Counted from the stretch's first letter, positions 8,626 to 18,153 are shown. The stretch: DNA of 32,000 nt from an uncultured Muribaculaceae bacterium (GCA_965231035.1 OZ246409.1:451101-483100), one strand, 5' to 3'. Notes: a model not told the origin generated them from the letters alone. Translations and numbers: made by a program.

Positions 8626-9701
8626 TATTCTTCCTTGCCATCTGCGTCATCTTCTTCGGATGGGCCTGTTGTCATTTCTTCGGCAATACCGTTCGAGTGT
8701 GCCATAATTTTATCCAACAACTCAGATTGGACCACAGGATGGTCTTTTATCCATAATCTGGCATTTGCCTCGCCCTGGCCTATACGTTCGTTATTGTAAG
8801 AATAGAAACTGCCTGCTTTTTCAATAATATTATATTTTACGCCCATATCCAGAATTTCACTGATTCTTGAAATCCCTTCACCATACATGATTTTGAAATC
8901 AACGACACGGAAAGGTGGTGCAACTTTATTTTTTACAACCTTGACCCTTGTTTCGTTTCCAACAACATTTTCCTTGTCTTTGATTGCACCAATGCGGCGA
9001 ATATCCAAGCGAACAGATGCGTAGAATTTCAAAGCGTTTCCACCACTGGTTGTTTCTGGTGAACCAAACATAACACCTATTTTCATACGAATTTGATTGA
9101 TAAATATCAATAATGTATTGCTGCGTGAAACGCTGCCAGACAGTTTCTTTAATGCTTGGGACATCAAACGTGCAGTTGTACCCATAAAATGATCATCAAA
9201 GTTTCCTTCGAGTTCTGCCTTAGGGATTAAAGCAGCAACAGAGTCCACAACAACTACATCAACAGCACCACTGGTAATCAAAGTGTTTGCGATTTCAAGT
9301 GCTTCTTCGCCTGATGAAGGTTGAGAAACAATCAAATTAGAAACATCAACACCAAGTTTCTTTGCATAAGATGGATCCAAAGCATTTTCGGCATCAATAT
9401 ATGCACATGTGCCACCTTTCTTTTGCGCTTCGGCAACTGCATGTAATGCCAATGTTGTTTTTCCACTGCTTTCTGGGCCATAAATTTCAACAATTCTACC
9501 ACGTGGATAACCACCAATTCCCAGTGCAATATCCAATCCCAAAGACCCTGATGAAATAGCATCAATGTTTTGCTGGCTGCCATCACCCATTTTCATAATG
9601 GCTTCTTTACCGAATTGTTTTTGAATTTGTGCCAGAGCTGATTCCAATGCTGGATTTCTTGTTGGCGCTGATGATTCTTTTAATGCTTCTTTTTTTGCCA
9701 T
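8625..9701 (-). CDS. recA: Recombinase RecA
   Basis: 358 aa. [20 protein letters not shown] Walker [11 protein letters not shown] Walker B, L2 loop [33 protein letters not shown], acidic C-terminal tail. Confidence 0.97.
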   Translation of the reverse strand: MAKKEALKESSAPTRNPALESALAQIQKQFGKEAIMKMGDGSQQNIDAISSGSLGLDIALGIGGYPRGRIVEIYGPESSGKTTLALHAVAEAQKKGGTCAYIDAENALDPSYAKKLGVDVSNLIVSQPSSGEEALEIANTLITSGAVDVVVVDSVAALIPKAELEGNFDDHFMGTTARLMSQALKKLSGSVSRSNTLLIFINQIRMKIGVMFGSPETTSGGNALKFYASVRLDIRRIGAIKDKENVVGNETRVKVVKNKVAPPFRVVDFKIMYGEGISRISEILDMGVKYNIIEKAGSFYSYNNERIGQGEANARLWIKDHPVVQSELLDKIMAHSNGIAEEMTTGPSEEDDADGKEE

Positions 9702-9727
9702 ACATTTCCCCTTTTATTAACGAAATC

Positions 9728-9756
9728 ATAATACAAGTTAACACTTATTTAATCAA
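9728..9756 (-). promoter_or_regulatory. Candidate sigma70-type promoter for recA
   Basis: On the minus strand: TTGATT (9756-9751), 17-nt spacer, TATTAT (9733-9728). GGGGA SD lies 6 nt before the recA ATG. Confidence 0.4.
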
Positions 9757-9760
9757 TAAA

Positions 9761-9790
9761 AATGTCGGGACAAAAACCCGACATTTTTTA
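9761..9790 (-). terminator. Rho-independent terminator downstream of the MFS gene (hairpin has A/T tracts on both sides)
   Basis: TGTCGGG-ACAAAAA-CCCGACA hairpin (9763-9783), with AAAAA on one side and TTTTTT on the other. Confidence 0.75.
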
Positions 9791-10975
9791 TTTCTTTTTA
9801 GAAAGTAAAACCCATGCAGAAAGAAGTGAAATAACAGCTGTTAATATCCAAACAGCTGACGTTCTACCAAAAAATGCAATAAAACCTGCACCAATCAAAG
9901 GAACCAAGAAACTTTGCAAATTGCTGGCCGTTTTGAATATTCCATAATATTTGACATTTTCTTCTTTTTTAACATTATCAAAGAACAACAAATCGTGAAG
10001 TGATTCCAGAAAAGCACCTGGAATCTGCCAAAGTATAAATATTGCTAACAATGTCCAACCTGTCGCAAATGTGGCCCATACAGAAAATACTGCAAAAGAT
10101 AAGAAACCAATCACCATCCAAAGTTTATTTCCATATTTCTTTGCCAATCTTCCCATTGGTTCTGACAAAATAATATACGGAATTATTCCAAGTGTTAATA
10201 TTAAGCCCAAAGTATCTTTGCTGAATCCTTTTTCAATAACGATAATTGGTATGTATAAAAATCTCATCGTTTGAAGAGCATAATACCCAAAATCAATCAG
10301 ATAAATTCTCATCATGCCATTATGTTTGAAAAATGATATTGTATTTTTAACCAAATATTTCATAGTTCTTCTGGGATTAACATTTTTTGGCTGTTTATCT
10401 TCTTGAACAATTCTGAATAGTTTAAATACCAACCACCCCAAACAATAAATTGCTGCGCCTGCGAAAAACACTGCTCTGTTTCCAAAATGACTAGCAATTG
10501 CCATTCCAATCATTGGTGCCAACAAAGTACCTGCATTCAACCATAAATGATATCTGGCATTAAGTTTTGCCATTCCAATATTTTTTGAAAAGTCCGACAT
10601 GAATAAAGGTATAAGAACGGTTACCAAAACAGAAGCTATGCCAGATGTAAAATCTAAAGCAATAAAAGTTCCTGACTTTATTGAAAACCCCATCATAAAG
10701 AAACAAACCGCCAACATCAGCATTGAAAAATAGAAAATTTTTGCTTTGGAAAAATATCTGAAAACTTCATTCACAAACAAAGAAATTATCATACAAAAAG
10801 CAGAGTAAATTGATACATATATACCAACCATTGCTGAATTTTTAAATATTTCTAATAAAATAAGCGCATAGGCAGCATTTATAACACCGCTGCCAAATCC
10901 TGTAAACAGTCCCAAATTTGCAAACGAAAAACCGCTTACAAATTTCTTCATAGAAATATACTTATCTTTTGACAT
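9788..10975 (-). CDS. MFS-type transporter (substrate unknown)
   Basis: 395 aa. About 12 hydrophobic segments by eye, basic loop between TM6 and TM7 (QEDKQPKNVNPRRTMKYLVK), generic MFS organisation. Confidence 0.7.
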   Translation of the reverse strand: MSKDKYISMKKFVSGFSFANLGLFTGFGSGVINAAYALILLEIFKNSAMVGIYVSIYSAFCMIISLFVNEVFRYFSKAKIFYFSMLMLAVCFFMMGFSIKSGTFIALDFTSGIASVLVTVLIPLFMSDFSKNIGMAKLNARYHLWLNAGTLLAPMIGMAIASHFGNRAVFFAGAAIYCLGWLVFKLFRIVQEDKQPKNVNPRRTMKYLVKNTISFFKHNGMMRIYLIDFGYYALQTMRFLYIPIIVIEKGFSKDTLGLILTLGIIPYIILSEPMGRLAKKYGNKLWMVIGFLSFAVFSVWATFATGWTLLAIFILWQIPGAFLESLHDLLFFDNVKKEENVKYYGIFKTASNLQSFLVPLIGAGFIAFFGRTSAVWILTAVISLLSAWVLLSKKK

Positions 10976-11024
10976 ACAGGTTATTGTATCATAAAAAGTA
11001 TAAATATCAGAGCATAAAGTTAAT

Positions 11025-11051
11025 AAAAAACCGGCAAAATGCCGGTTTTTT
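11025..11051 (-). terminator. Rho-independent terminator downstream of secB
   Basis: CCGGC-AAAAT-GCCGG hairpin (11031-11045), flanked by AAAAAA (11025-11030) and TTTTTT. Confidence 0.75.
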
Positions 11052-11478
11052 ATTGTTTTTTATTTTTTTGTTCGTACAGCTCTGCAAAATCTACGGGCTG
11101 CATTGCGAATGTTGGAAATCCTGATTCAGATGTTAATCTGGTAACCAGTCCACGAACTGCTGGGAACAACAATGTTGGAACATCAATCAACAATGTACGT
11201 TTTCTGGATTCTTCATCTTTTTCTTCTTCCATTTGAACCAATCCAGAATAGTTAGATTCAATCATGAAAATTGTTTTGTTATCTGCATCCAGTTTGGAAT
11301 GGATTTTGGTAATCAAATCAACCATAAACAGGTTATTTTCGGCACCTTTGATTTGAATATCGATATTTATTTCTAATTTTGCCTGACCATTATCTTGTTT
11401 GAAAAATAATTCTGGAACATTTGGACTTTCAAAAGATATGTCTTTTAAGAACTGTTGAATGATATTAAACTTTGGCAT
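11050..11478 (-). CDS. secB: Protein-export chaperone SecB
   Basis: 142 aa. N-terminal FNIIQQFLKDISFESPNVP and PTLLFPAVRGLVTRLTSESGFPTFAMQPVDF match SecB family conservation (YxKDxSFExPxxP; LFPxxRxxxxxxxxxxGFPPLxLxPxxF). Confidence 0.85.
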   Translation of the reverse strand: MPKFNIIQQFLKDISFESPNVPELFFKQDNGQAKLEINIDIQIKGAENNLFMVDLITKIHSKLDADNKTIFMIESNYSGLVQMEEEKDEESRKRTLLIDVPTLLFPAVRGLVTRLTSESGFPTFAMQPVDFAELYEQKNKKQ

Positions 11479-11558
11479 TATTATTGCTCCTTTTTTTGCG
11501 CAACCGTTTGTGGTAATATAGCATCATAAATCGAATTTTACAAGAGGGATGGCTAAAA

Positions 11559-12668
11559 ATGCTTAAAAAATTGTTTCAAAAAAGTAATTCAATTGTTTTA
11601 TTGGTATTCGGAGTTTGTTCATTATTTTTATTAACTTCATGTGAAATCGGTGTTCCAAGTCATACTGGTAATCAAGCTAATACCCCTTCAAATTTAAAAA
11701 AGGTTTCATATTATGAATTGCCAGGATGGCAGGATGATGATGTCAGATATGCACTGCAAGCATTTAGAAACACTTGTAAAGCCAAAATTCAATACGAAGG
11801 CCAAGTTGTCCCAGACAAGGCATTATTAGAAGAAAAATGTGATTATTTACCATCTACATCTGCGGATGTTAAAACGGTTCGCGCTTGGTTTGAATCAAAT
11901 TTCCAACCTTATCAAATTTATGACCAGGATTATAATACTAAGGGAACCTATACCGGTTATTACTCTCCAATAATACCAGCTTGCAAAAATCAAACCTCCG
12001 TCTGTAACGAGCCTATTATGGGCGTTCCAACAGATGGTACAAATTACAAAGGTGTTGATAAAAGAACAATTGTTAATGAAAGAATTGGTAAAGTTTTATA
12101 CTGGGCAAACATAGTCGATGTTCAAAACCTGCAAATCCAAGGCAGTGGCATGTTACGACTGGAAGACGGAAGTATGATCAAGGTTAATTTTGCAGGTGTA
12201 AACGATATGCCATTTAAATCTATTGGTGAACAATTAAGAACTCGTGGTATAAAACCAACAGATGGATATTCGGCAGATGCAGTCTGGACATACCTGAAAC
12301 AAAGACCAGATTTGGCACGTGAAGTTATTTACAATAACCCGCGCTATGTATACTTCTATGTATCCGTACCACCAGATGTTATTGGCAAGCTTGGAACCCC
12401 ATTATCCAAAATTCGCAGCATAGCAATGGATGACACAATTTATACACTTGGGTTGCCAGTTTATATTGATACAAATTTATCTGATGGACGCAGATTCAGA
12501 AGATTGATGATTGCTCAAGACACTGGCAGTGCAATCAGGGGATGGATACGCGCAGATATCTTCTTTGGCAAGGGCGAAGAAGCATATAAATTTGCGCACG
12601 GTCAACACTCGCAGGGTCAAATGTTTATTCTGATGCCAAAAGAGTATTCTTATGTCAAACCAAACTAA
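11559..12668 (+). CDS. mltA: Membrane-bound lytic murein transglycosylase A
   Basis: 369 aa. Signal peptide with a possible lipobox (LLTSC), LPGWQDDD...ALQAFRNTC N-terminal MltA motif, and C-terminal 3D domain (IAMDDT...MIAQDTGSAIRGWIRADIFFGKGEEA). Confidence 0.85.
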   Translation: MLKKLFQKSNSIVLLVFGVCSLFLLTSCEIGVPSHTGNQANTPSNLKKVSYYELPGWQDDDVRYALQAFRNTCKAKIQYEGQVVPDKALLEEKCDYLPSTSADVKTVRAWFESNFQPYQIYDQDYNTKGTYTGYYSPIIPACKNQTSVCNEPIMGVPTDGTNYKGVDKRTIVNERIGKVLYWANIVDVQNLQIQGSGMLRLEDGSMIKVNFAGVNDMPFKSIGEQLRTRGIKPTDGYSADAVWTYLKQRPDLAREVIYNNPRYVYFYVSVPPDVIGKLGTPLSKIRSIAMDDTIYTLGLPVYIDTNLSDGRRFRRLMIAQDTGSAIRGWIRADIFFGKGEEAYKFAHGQHSQGQMFILMPKEYSYVKPN

Positions 12669-12981
12669 TAGATTGAATCACAGACTGACACGTCCCCAAA
12701 CCTTGGGATCTGCTTTTGGTGGATTGCTTAAAATTTTTGGGGTGCGTGCGTCTGATTCTGATTTGGCAGATCGTTGGGATGAAATTATGGGTGCAGATAT
12801 TGCAAAAATTGCAAAATTAATCAGTATCAGAAAAACTAAAGATAAAAAATTTAATATCTCGGTATGTGCATTAAATCCGGCGTTTGCACTACAACTATCT
12901 TACCAAGCTGATGAAATTACAAAACGTATTAATAAATATTTCGGATACGATGCCGTTGGTAAAATAATTATTAAAAAATAA
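12652..12981 (+). CDS. DUF721 / DciA-like protein (putative ancestral replicative-helicase loader family)
   Basis: 109 aa. The pattern LGSAFGGLLKIFG...LADRWDEIMGADIAKIAKLISIR...FNISVCALNPAFALQLSYQADEITKRINKYFGYDAVGKI matches DUF721 (W..IvG..ia.h..p..i....L.v.v.....a.el......i...in). Overlaps the mltA end by 17 nt. Confidence 0.6.
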   Translation: MSNQTNRLNHRLTRPQTLGSAFGGLLKIFGVRASDSDLADRWDEIMGADIAKIAKLISIRKTKDKKFNISVCALNPAFALQLSYQADEITKRINKYFGYDAVGKIIIKK

Positions 12982-13076
12982 AATTAAAGTGTTTTATCAA
13001 ATAAAAAATTTAGCAATATTAAATTTTTTAATATTTTCAATTAATTATTATTAATGTTTTACTTTTTTCTTTAATA

Positions 13077-13556
13077 TCAAAATTTGAACCTAGACATATT
13101 TGAATGTGCCAGCGCAATGGCAATAGCATCGCTTTCATCGGGTGTTTTCGGGTCAGAATTCGGCAAGAATATTTTCACCATTTTATAAATCTGGTCTTTG
13201 TCTGCATGACCAGCCGCCGAGATGGCTTTTTTAATTTTATTAGGTTCGTATTCAAATACAGGAATATCTTTTGCAGCCACTGCAACTATTGCAGCCGCAC
13301 GTGCGTGTCCCAATACCAAAGTAGTTTGTGGATTCTTGTTTGAAAAAGTTATTTCTATTGAACATTCATCCGGTTGCCAAATTTCACATAATTCTGTAAC
13401 GTTTTTGAAAATGCAAGCTAGACGCATTGCTAAACTGTCAGATTTTTTGGGTAAAATAACACCACTGGATACATATTTCCGTGTCGATCCTGCTGTATCA
13501 ATTACAGCCCAACCCGTGTGTATCAAGCCTGGATCAATTCCAATAATACGTGTCAT
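13077..13556 (-). CDS. ruvC: Crossover junction endodeoxyribonuclease RuvC
   Basis: 159 aa. IIGIDPGLIHTGWAVID (catalytic Asp), ECSIEITF (Glu), and C-terminal DESDAIAIALAH (catalytic Asp pair). Confidence 0.92.
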   Translation of the reverse strand: MTRIIGIDPGLIHTGWAVIDTAGSTRKYVSSGVILPKKSDSLAMRLACIFKNVTELCEIWQPDECSIEITFSNKNPQTTLVLGHARAAAIVAVAAKDIPVFEYEPNKIKKAISAAGHADKDQIYKMVKIFLPNSDPKTPDESDAIAIALAHSNMSRFKF

Positions 13557-13903
13557 TTTTGTTTTATTCCGATTTTATTAAATTGGTTTTTTAATAAATT
13601 ATAGTTTTCTTCTATAAATTGACCGGATATTTTCCCAGAAACATCTTTTCCGTTTTTTATAAACCTTTTACTTTCTGTTATAATATAGAACGGTTCTGCA
13701 TAATTATTACCACCCATGCTGATATTTGAATTTGTAAACACAACATAACCCCAGCCAAAATTTTTAAAGTTATGTTGTTCTACGTTTTCTGGTTTTTTTT
13801 TAATAATATTATTTATATCAATTTTACACTGAGCTTCTATTTTTGATTGTGATGTATAAAACAAATTCTTTACAAATTTTTCCAGATACATAATTTTCCC
13901 CAA
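13553..13903 (-). CDS. Hypothetical protein (orphan, no family recognised) between yebC and ruvC
   Basis: ORF of 116 codons from TTG 13903. A more likely start is ATG 13891, preceded by GGGGA with 5-nt spacing (112 aa). ATGA overlap with the ruvC start. No signal peptide or TM segment. Lys/Asn-rich. Confidence 0.5.
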   Translation of the reverse strand: MGKIMYLEKFVKNLFYTSQSKIEAQCKIDINNIIKKKPENVEQHNFKNFGWGYVVFTNSNISMGGNNYAEPFYIITESKRFIKNGKDVSGKISGQFIEENYNLLKNQFNKIGIKQK

Positions 13904-13905
13904 AT

Positions 13906-14622
13906 TTATGCCGCAGCTGTTATTACTTTTTGAACATCGTCATTATCTTCCAATGCCTCGACCATTTTTTCCAACTTGGCATATACTTCATCATCAACAT
14001 CCATTGGCATATTTGGAATCCAGGTCAGTTCTGCCCTTTCTGGTTCACCCAGTTTATCTGCCAAAGCCTTTTGTACAGCCATAAAATCATCTGGTTTGGT
14101 TCTGATAATATAACCCTCTTCCGAAGATTCAACATCATCACCACCAGCCTCCATCACAGCCATCATCATATCATCAGCTGATTTAGCCACCTTTAATGGA
14201 TAATAAATTTGCCCCGCATGTGTGAACATAAAAGATACCGATCCAGCTTCGCCCATATTTCCACCATTTTTGGAAAAAAGACTGCGAACTTCTGGTACTG
14301 TTCTGCGTGGATTATCAGTCAAAGCCTCAACAATAACAGGAACTGCGCCTGGGCCATAACCTTCATATCTAACAGATTCATAATTTTCTATATTGCTGCT
14401 TGATGCTTTTTCAATTGCACGTTTAATGTTATCATTAGGCATAGAGTTCTTGCGCGCGTTCAAAACAGCCAAACGCAGGCGAGGATTATTGTCTGGACTG
14501 GGGTCACCCAGTTTGGCCGCCATAGTAATTTCACGTGCCAATTTTGTAAATAACCCACTGCGTGCGGCATCTGCTGCACCTTTTTTATGCATAATATTAT
14601 GCCATTTGCTGTGACCCGACAT
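13906..14622 (-). CDS. yebC: YebC/PmpR family DNA-binding regulatory protein
   Basis: 238 aa. MSGHSKWHNIMHKKGAADAARSGLFTKLAREI is the near-invariant YebC N-terminus. Confidence 0.93.
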   Translation of the reverse strand: MSGHSKWHNIMHKKGAADAARSGLFTKLAREITMAAKLGDPSPDNNPRLRLAVLNARKNSMPNDNIKRAIEKASSSNIENYESVRYEGYGPGAVPVIVEALTDNPRRTVPEVRSLFSKNGGNMGEAGSVSFMFTHAGQIYYPLKVAKSADDMMMAVMEAGGDDVESSEEGYIIRTKPDDFMAVQKALADKLGEPERAELTWIPNMPMDVDDEVYAKLEKMVEALEDNDDVQKVITAAA

Positions 14623-14625
14623 AAT

Positions 14626-14654
14626 TTGACCTTTTTGTTTTATTGAAGTAATAT
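14626..14654 (+). promoter_or_regulatory. Candidate sigma70-type promoter for ruvA-mnmE
   Basis: TTGACC (14626-14631), 17-nt spacer, TAATAT (14649-14654). AAAGGA SD lies 6 nt before the ruvA ATG. Confidence 0.4.
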
Positions 14655-14681
14655 GGATTTATATAACCAAAAGGATAGCAA

Positions 14682-15242
14682 ATGATTGGCAAATTGCAAG
14701 GGGTTGTTGACTATATTGGTGAAGGATTTGTAATCATTATGGTAAATGGTGTTGGATACAAGGTTTTTTGCCCTGAATACCTGACGGCAAAATCAACTGT
14801 TTCATTATGGATTGAAACTGTTGTACGTGAAGATTCATTCAGGTTGTTTGGATTTACATCTATTGCCCAGCAAAATTTATTTAATCAATTAACCACTGTT
14901 TCTGGTGTTGGGCCTAAGGTTGCAATATCTATATTATCAACACTTAAACCTGATATTTTGCTTTCTGCAATTGCAACTGGCGACGCCAAAACAATATCCG
15001 CTACCCCAGGCGTTGGTAAAAAGGTTGCTGAAAAGATTATTGTGGAATTAAAAGGTAAAACAGGTTCTATAACTTTTGATTCTGTTGGTGGAAATATCCT
15101 GTCCGACCTGCTTTGTGGATTGGAATCACTGGGATACAGGCGTATTGATATTGTTGAAATCGCACAAAAACTGGTTGATCAAAACCCAGACCTGGGTGTT
15201 GAAAAATTAATCCCAATGGCACTTAAAAACATAACAAAATGA
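14682..15242 (+). CDS. ruvA: Holliday junction branch migration complex subunit RuvA
   Basis: 186 aa. MIGKLQGVV...VNGVGYKV OB-fold start, two HhH motifs (LTTVSGVGPKVAISILS; ISATPGVGKKVAEKII). Confidence 0.9.
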   Translation: MIGKLQGVVDYIGEGFVIIMVNGVGYKVFCPEYLTAKSTVSLWIETVVREDSFRLFGFTSIAQQNLFNQLTTVSGVGPKVAISILSTLKPDILLSAIATGDAKTISATPGVGKKVAEKIIVELKGKTGSITFDSVGGNILSDLLCGLESLGYRRIDIVEIAQKLVDQNPDLGVEKLIPMALKNITK

Positions 15243-16537
15243 TTGATACAATTTTTGCACTTTCTTCTGCTTATGGTAAATCTGGTGTTGCGGTTATTCG
15301 CATCAGTGGACCTGACTTATCAAAAATATTTCAAAAAATTATTGGCAAAAAAAATATTAAGAATCGCTATGCCTATTTTGTAAATCTAAAAGAATCTAAA
15401 GACGCTTTAATCGACCAATGTGTTACTATATATTTTAAATCTCCAGCCAGTTTCACTGGTGAAGATGTTATTGAATTGCATACCCATGGATCGCCTGCAG
15501 TAATTGAAAAAGTATTTGAATTATTACGCGGCTTTGGGATGCGTATGGCGGAACCTGGCGAATTCAGTCGGCGTGCTTTTTATAATAATAAAATGGACCT
15601 GACCGAGGTTGATGGTCTGGCCGCATTACTGGACGCACAAACAGATAAACAAAGAATCGCTGCTTTAAAATCTATGACTGGTAATGACAGCAAAATATAT
15701 GAATCTTGGCGAAATCAGATGATTGAAATTTCTGCATATGCGGCAGCTATTTTGGATTATGATTCAGATGACTTGCCCAAAGATATTGATAAAAAGTTGA
15801 TTAAACAAACAGAAAAATTATACAATGAAATAAACTCTGCACTTGGCAGATACTCGACGGTACGCGCCATCCGCAAAGGTTTCAGTATTGTTCTGGTCGG
15901 ACCAACAAATGTCGGAAAATCATCACTTTTTAATAGATTGGTTGGATCTGGGCGTGCAATTGTTTCTGATATCCCTGGTACAACACGTGATGTAGTTACC
16001 AGCGATTTAGACCTGGATGGATATCTGGTTCATTTATCTGATACTGCTGGCATTCGCGAATCAAAAGATACTATTGAAAAAATCGGTATTGAGAAAACAA
16101 ATGAAGAAATAAATAATGCTGATTTGATAATACGAATTCAGAGTTCAGATTCTAAAATTCAATCACATAAACCCCAAGAAAATGAAATTTTTGTTATAAA
16201 TAAATCTGACCTGAATAAAACAAATAAATCAGATTGTATTTTAGTATCAGCAAAAAATGGTGATGGTATTTCAGATTTAATATTGGCAATAAAATCCAAA
16301 ATTAAATCAATTGTTGGCAGAAAAGAAAACGATTTGGCAATTAACGAAAGAACTCGTGAACACCTTATTAATGCCGCAAAAGAACTGGAATTAGCAATAT
16401 CATCAAAAAGTATAAACTTTGATATCTTTTCAGAAAACATCCGCAGTGCTGCTGATTCTATTGGAAAAATATTGGGCACAATCAGTGCAACTGAGGTTGC
16501 AGATGCAACCTTTTCCCAATTATGCCTGGGTAAATAA
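15239..16537 (+). CDS. mnmE: tRNA uridine-5-carboxymethylaminomethyl modification GTPase MnmE
   Basis: 432 aa. DTIFALSSAYGKSGVAVIRISGP N-terminus, G domain GPTNVGKSSLFN / DTAGIRE / NKSD, and the C-terminal ...LCLGK motif (C-I-G-K type). ATGA overlap with ruvA. Confidence 0.93.
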   Translation: MIDTIFALSSAYGKSGVAVIRISGPDLSKIFQKIIGKKNIKNRYAYFVNLKESKDALIDQCVTIYFKSPASFTGEDVIELHTHGSPAVIEKVFELLRGFGMRMAEPGEFSRRAFYNNKMDLTEVDGLAALLDAQTDKQRIAALKSMTGNDSKIYESWRNQMIEISAYAAAILDYDSDDLPKDIDKKLIKQTEKLYNEINSALGRYSTVRAIRKGFSIVLVGPTNVGKSSLFNRLVGSGRAIVSDIPGTTRDVVTSDLDLDGYLVHLSDTAGIRESKDTIEKIGIEKTNEEINNADLIIRIQSSDSKIQSHKPQENEIFVINKSDLNKTNKSDCILVSAKNGDGISDLILAIKSKIKSIVGRKENDLAINERTREHLINAAKELELAISSKSINFDIFSENIRSAADSIGKILGTISATEVADATFSQLCLGK

Positions 16538-16543
16538 ACTATT

Positions 16544-16572
16544 AAAAAACCGGTCATTTGACCGGTTTTTTA
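16544..16572. terminator. Bidirectional Rho-independent terminator between convergent mnmE and the acyl-CoA ligase gene
   Basis: CCGGTCA-TT-TGACCGG hairpin (16550-16565), flanked by AAAAAA and TTTTTT. Confidence 0.85.
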
Positions 16573-18153
16573 TTACTCTTTTCTTATTGGGTATTGCCCA
16601 TCAATCAAATTTTGACGCACAACATGGTGTTTTATCTTTTGAGTACTGGTCAAAGGTAAATCATCATTTGTCATAGCAAAGTGCGTTACCCATTTATAGC
16701 TGGCAACTTTCTTGTTTGCAGCTGCGACTTCTGCGGATAACTTTTCTAATGTAATACCCTCTTCTACGCTGAAAACACCATAAGATACTGTTTTATCTTT
16801 TACCTTGTGTTCAAACACTGCGACATTTTTTATACCAGGCATTTTCATATACAAAGCTTCCAACTCGTCTGGATAAACATTCTTGCCAGAATCCAAAACA
16901 ATTACTTGTTTTTTACGTCCCGCAAAGTGCAGTTCTCCATTCTTGTCCATACTTACCATATCGCCAGTATTAAAGAATCCACGATCATCGAATACTTCGG
17001 CATTTACTTCTGGATTATTCATATAACCACCAAAAATATTATGCCCACGCAACCATAAAATACCGATACCTTCTTCGTTCTTATCGCGAATCTCACATTC
17101 GTTATTTTCAATTGGTGCACCAAAAGCAAAAGGATAACGATGTTTTGTTGGCTTTGATATACAAACTGGTCCAACAGTTTCCGTCAAACCATAACCTTGG
17201 ATAAATGTTAAACCCAAACGTTCATAGAAAGTTTCAACCTCTGGCTTGGTTGCAGCACCACCACCAACCAGCAAACGTGCACGTCCACCAAATACTGCCA
17301 ATATTGGTTCCTGTACTTTTTTAACCAAACCGCCAAGTCCTATTTTTTTCAGAAACTTTCCACGTCTTAGTACAAAAGATACCAACCACCATTTTTTCTT
17401 GGCTTTGATATTATCTATAATTTTATTACGGAAAACTTCCCATAATCTTGGAACTGCTGGGATAACTTGGGGTCTAAATTTTGCAAAATCATCCATAATA
17501 TCTTTTGGATTAACTGTTGGCTGTAACAGCATACCACCGCCGTAATGCAATGTTGCCAAGATTTCTACTGCAAAACCGAATACGTGATACATTGGTAAAA
17601 ATCCGTACAAAATATCACCAACATGCATCCAACGATTCATGTCTTCCAACGAATTTGCACATTCAACCAAATTAAAGTGTGTCAAAGGTACAATCTTTGG
17701 AATTCCCGTAGAACCAGATGTAAATGATAATGTTGCAATATCTGTTGATTCAACAACAGCTGGTTTAAGATCCGATTTAGCTGCATCATCTTTTTTTGTT
17801 ATATCATGGAAAGCAAATTTATCCGTTTTGAAAAAGAATGTCTTTTCAGCAAATATCATTTTGCATTCAGTCAATTCCGCCATATTATTATATTCAAATG
17901 GTGTCAGATTAGTATCTAACATTAGACATTTGCCACCCAAATACCAAATTGCAAACAATGTAATTGGAAATTCTGGGATATTGTGTGCCAAAATTCCGAT
18001 TGTATCGCCTTTTTTTACACCATCAGCTTCCAGAGTAGTGGCGCGTTTTTTTACAAGCTCTATGAATTGTGTATAATTTACACCTTCACGAACCAGGAAA
18101 GGACTATTTGGATATTGTCCAGCTGTCTTTTCCAATAATTGAAACATATTCAT
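16573..18153 (-). CDS. AMP-dependent synthetase/ligase (long-chain-fatty-acid--CoA ligase-like)
   Basis: 526 aa. AMP-binding signature LSFTSGSTGIPKIV, YGLTET, GDMVSMDKNGELHFAGRKK. The substrate is not assignable from sequence alone. Confidence 0.8.
   Translation of the reverse strand: MNMFQLLEKTAGQYPNSPFLVREGVNYTQFIELVKKRATTLEADGVKKGDTIGILAHNIPEFPITLFAIWYLGGKCLMLDTNLTPFEYNNMAELTECKMIFAEKTFFFKTDKFAFHDITKKDDAAKSDLKPAVVESTDIATLSFTSGSTGIPKIVPLTHFNLVECANSLEDMNRWMHVGDILYGFLPMYHVFGFAVEILATLHYGGGMLLQPTVNPKDIMDDFAKFRPQVIPAVPRLWEVFRNKIIDNIKAKKKWWLVSFVLRRGKFLKKIGLGGLVKKVQEPILAVFGGRARLLVGGGAATKPEVETFYERLGLTFIQGYGLTETVGPVCISKPTKHRYPFAFGAPIENNECEIRDKNEEGIGILWLRGHNIFGGYMNNPEVNAEVFDDRGFFNTGDMVSMDKNGELHFAGRKKQVIVLDSGKNVYPDELEALYMKMPGIKNVAVFEHKVKDKTVSYGVFSVEEGITLEKLSAEVAAANKKVASYKWVTHFAMTNDDLPLTSTQKIKHHVVRQNLIDGQYPIRKE

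Noticed and set aside
9702-9787. Searched the recA upstream region for an alphaproteobacterial SOS box (GTTC-N7-GTTC) or an E. coli-type CTGT-N8-ACAG box.
   Set aside because: Only two GTTAA pentamers 21 nt apart are present, and neither consensus is matched. No LexA-type operator can be claimed.
13003-13029. AT-only inverted repeat AAAAAATTTA-GCAATAT-TAAATTTTTT between the convergent DUF721 gene and ruvC, considered as a bidirectional terminator.
   Set aside because: The stem is purely A:T and would be very unstable compared with the six GC-rich terminators elsewhere in the window. It is left uncalled.
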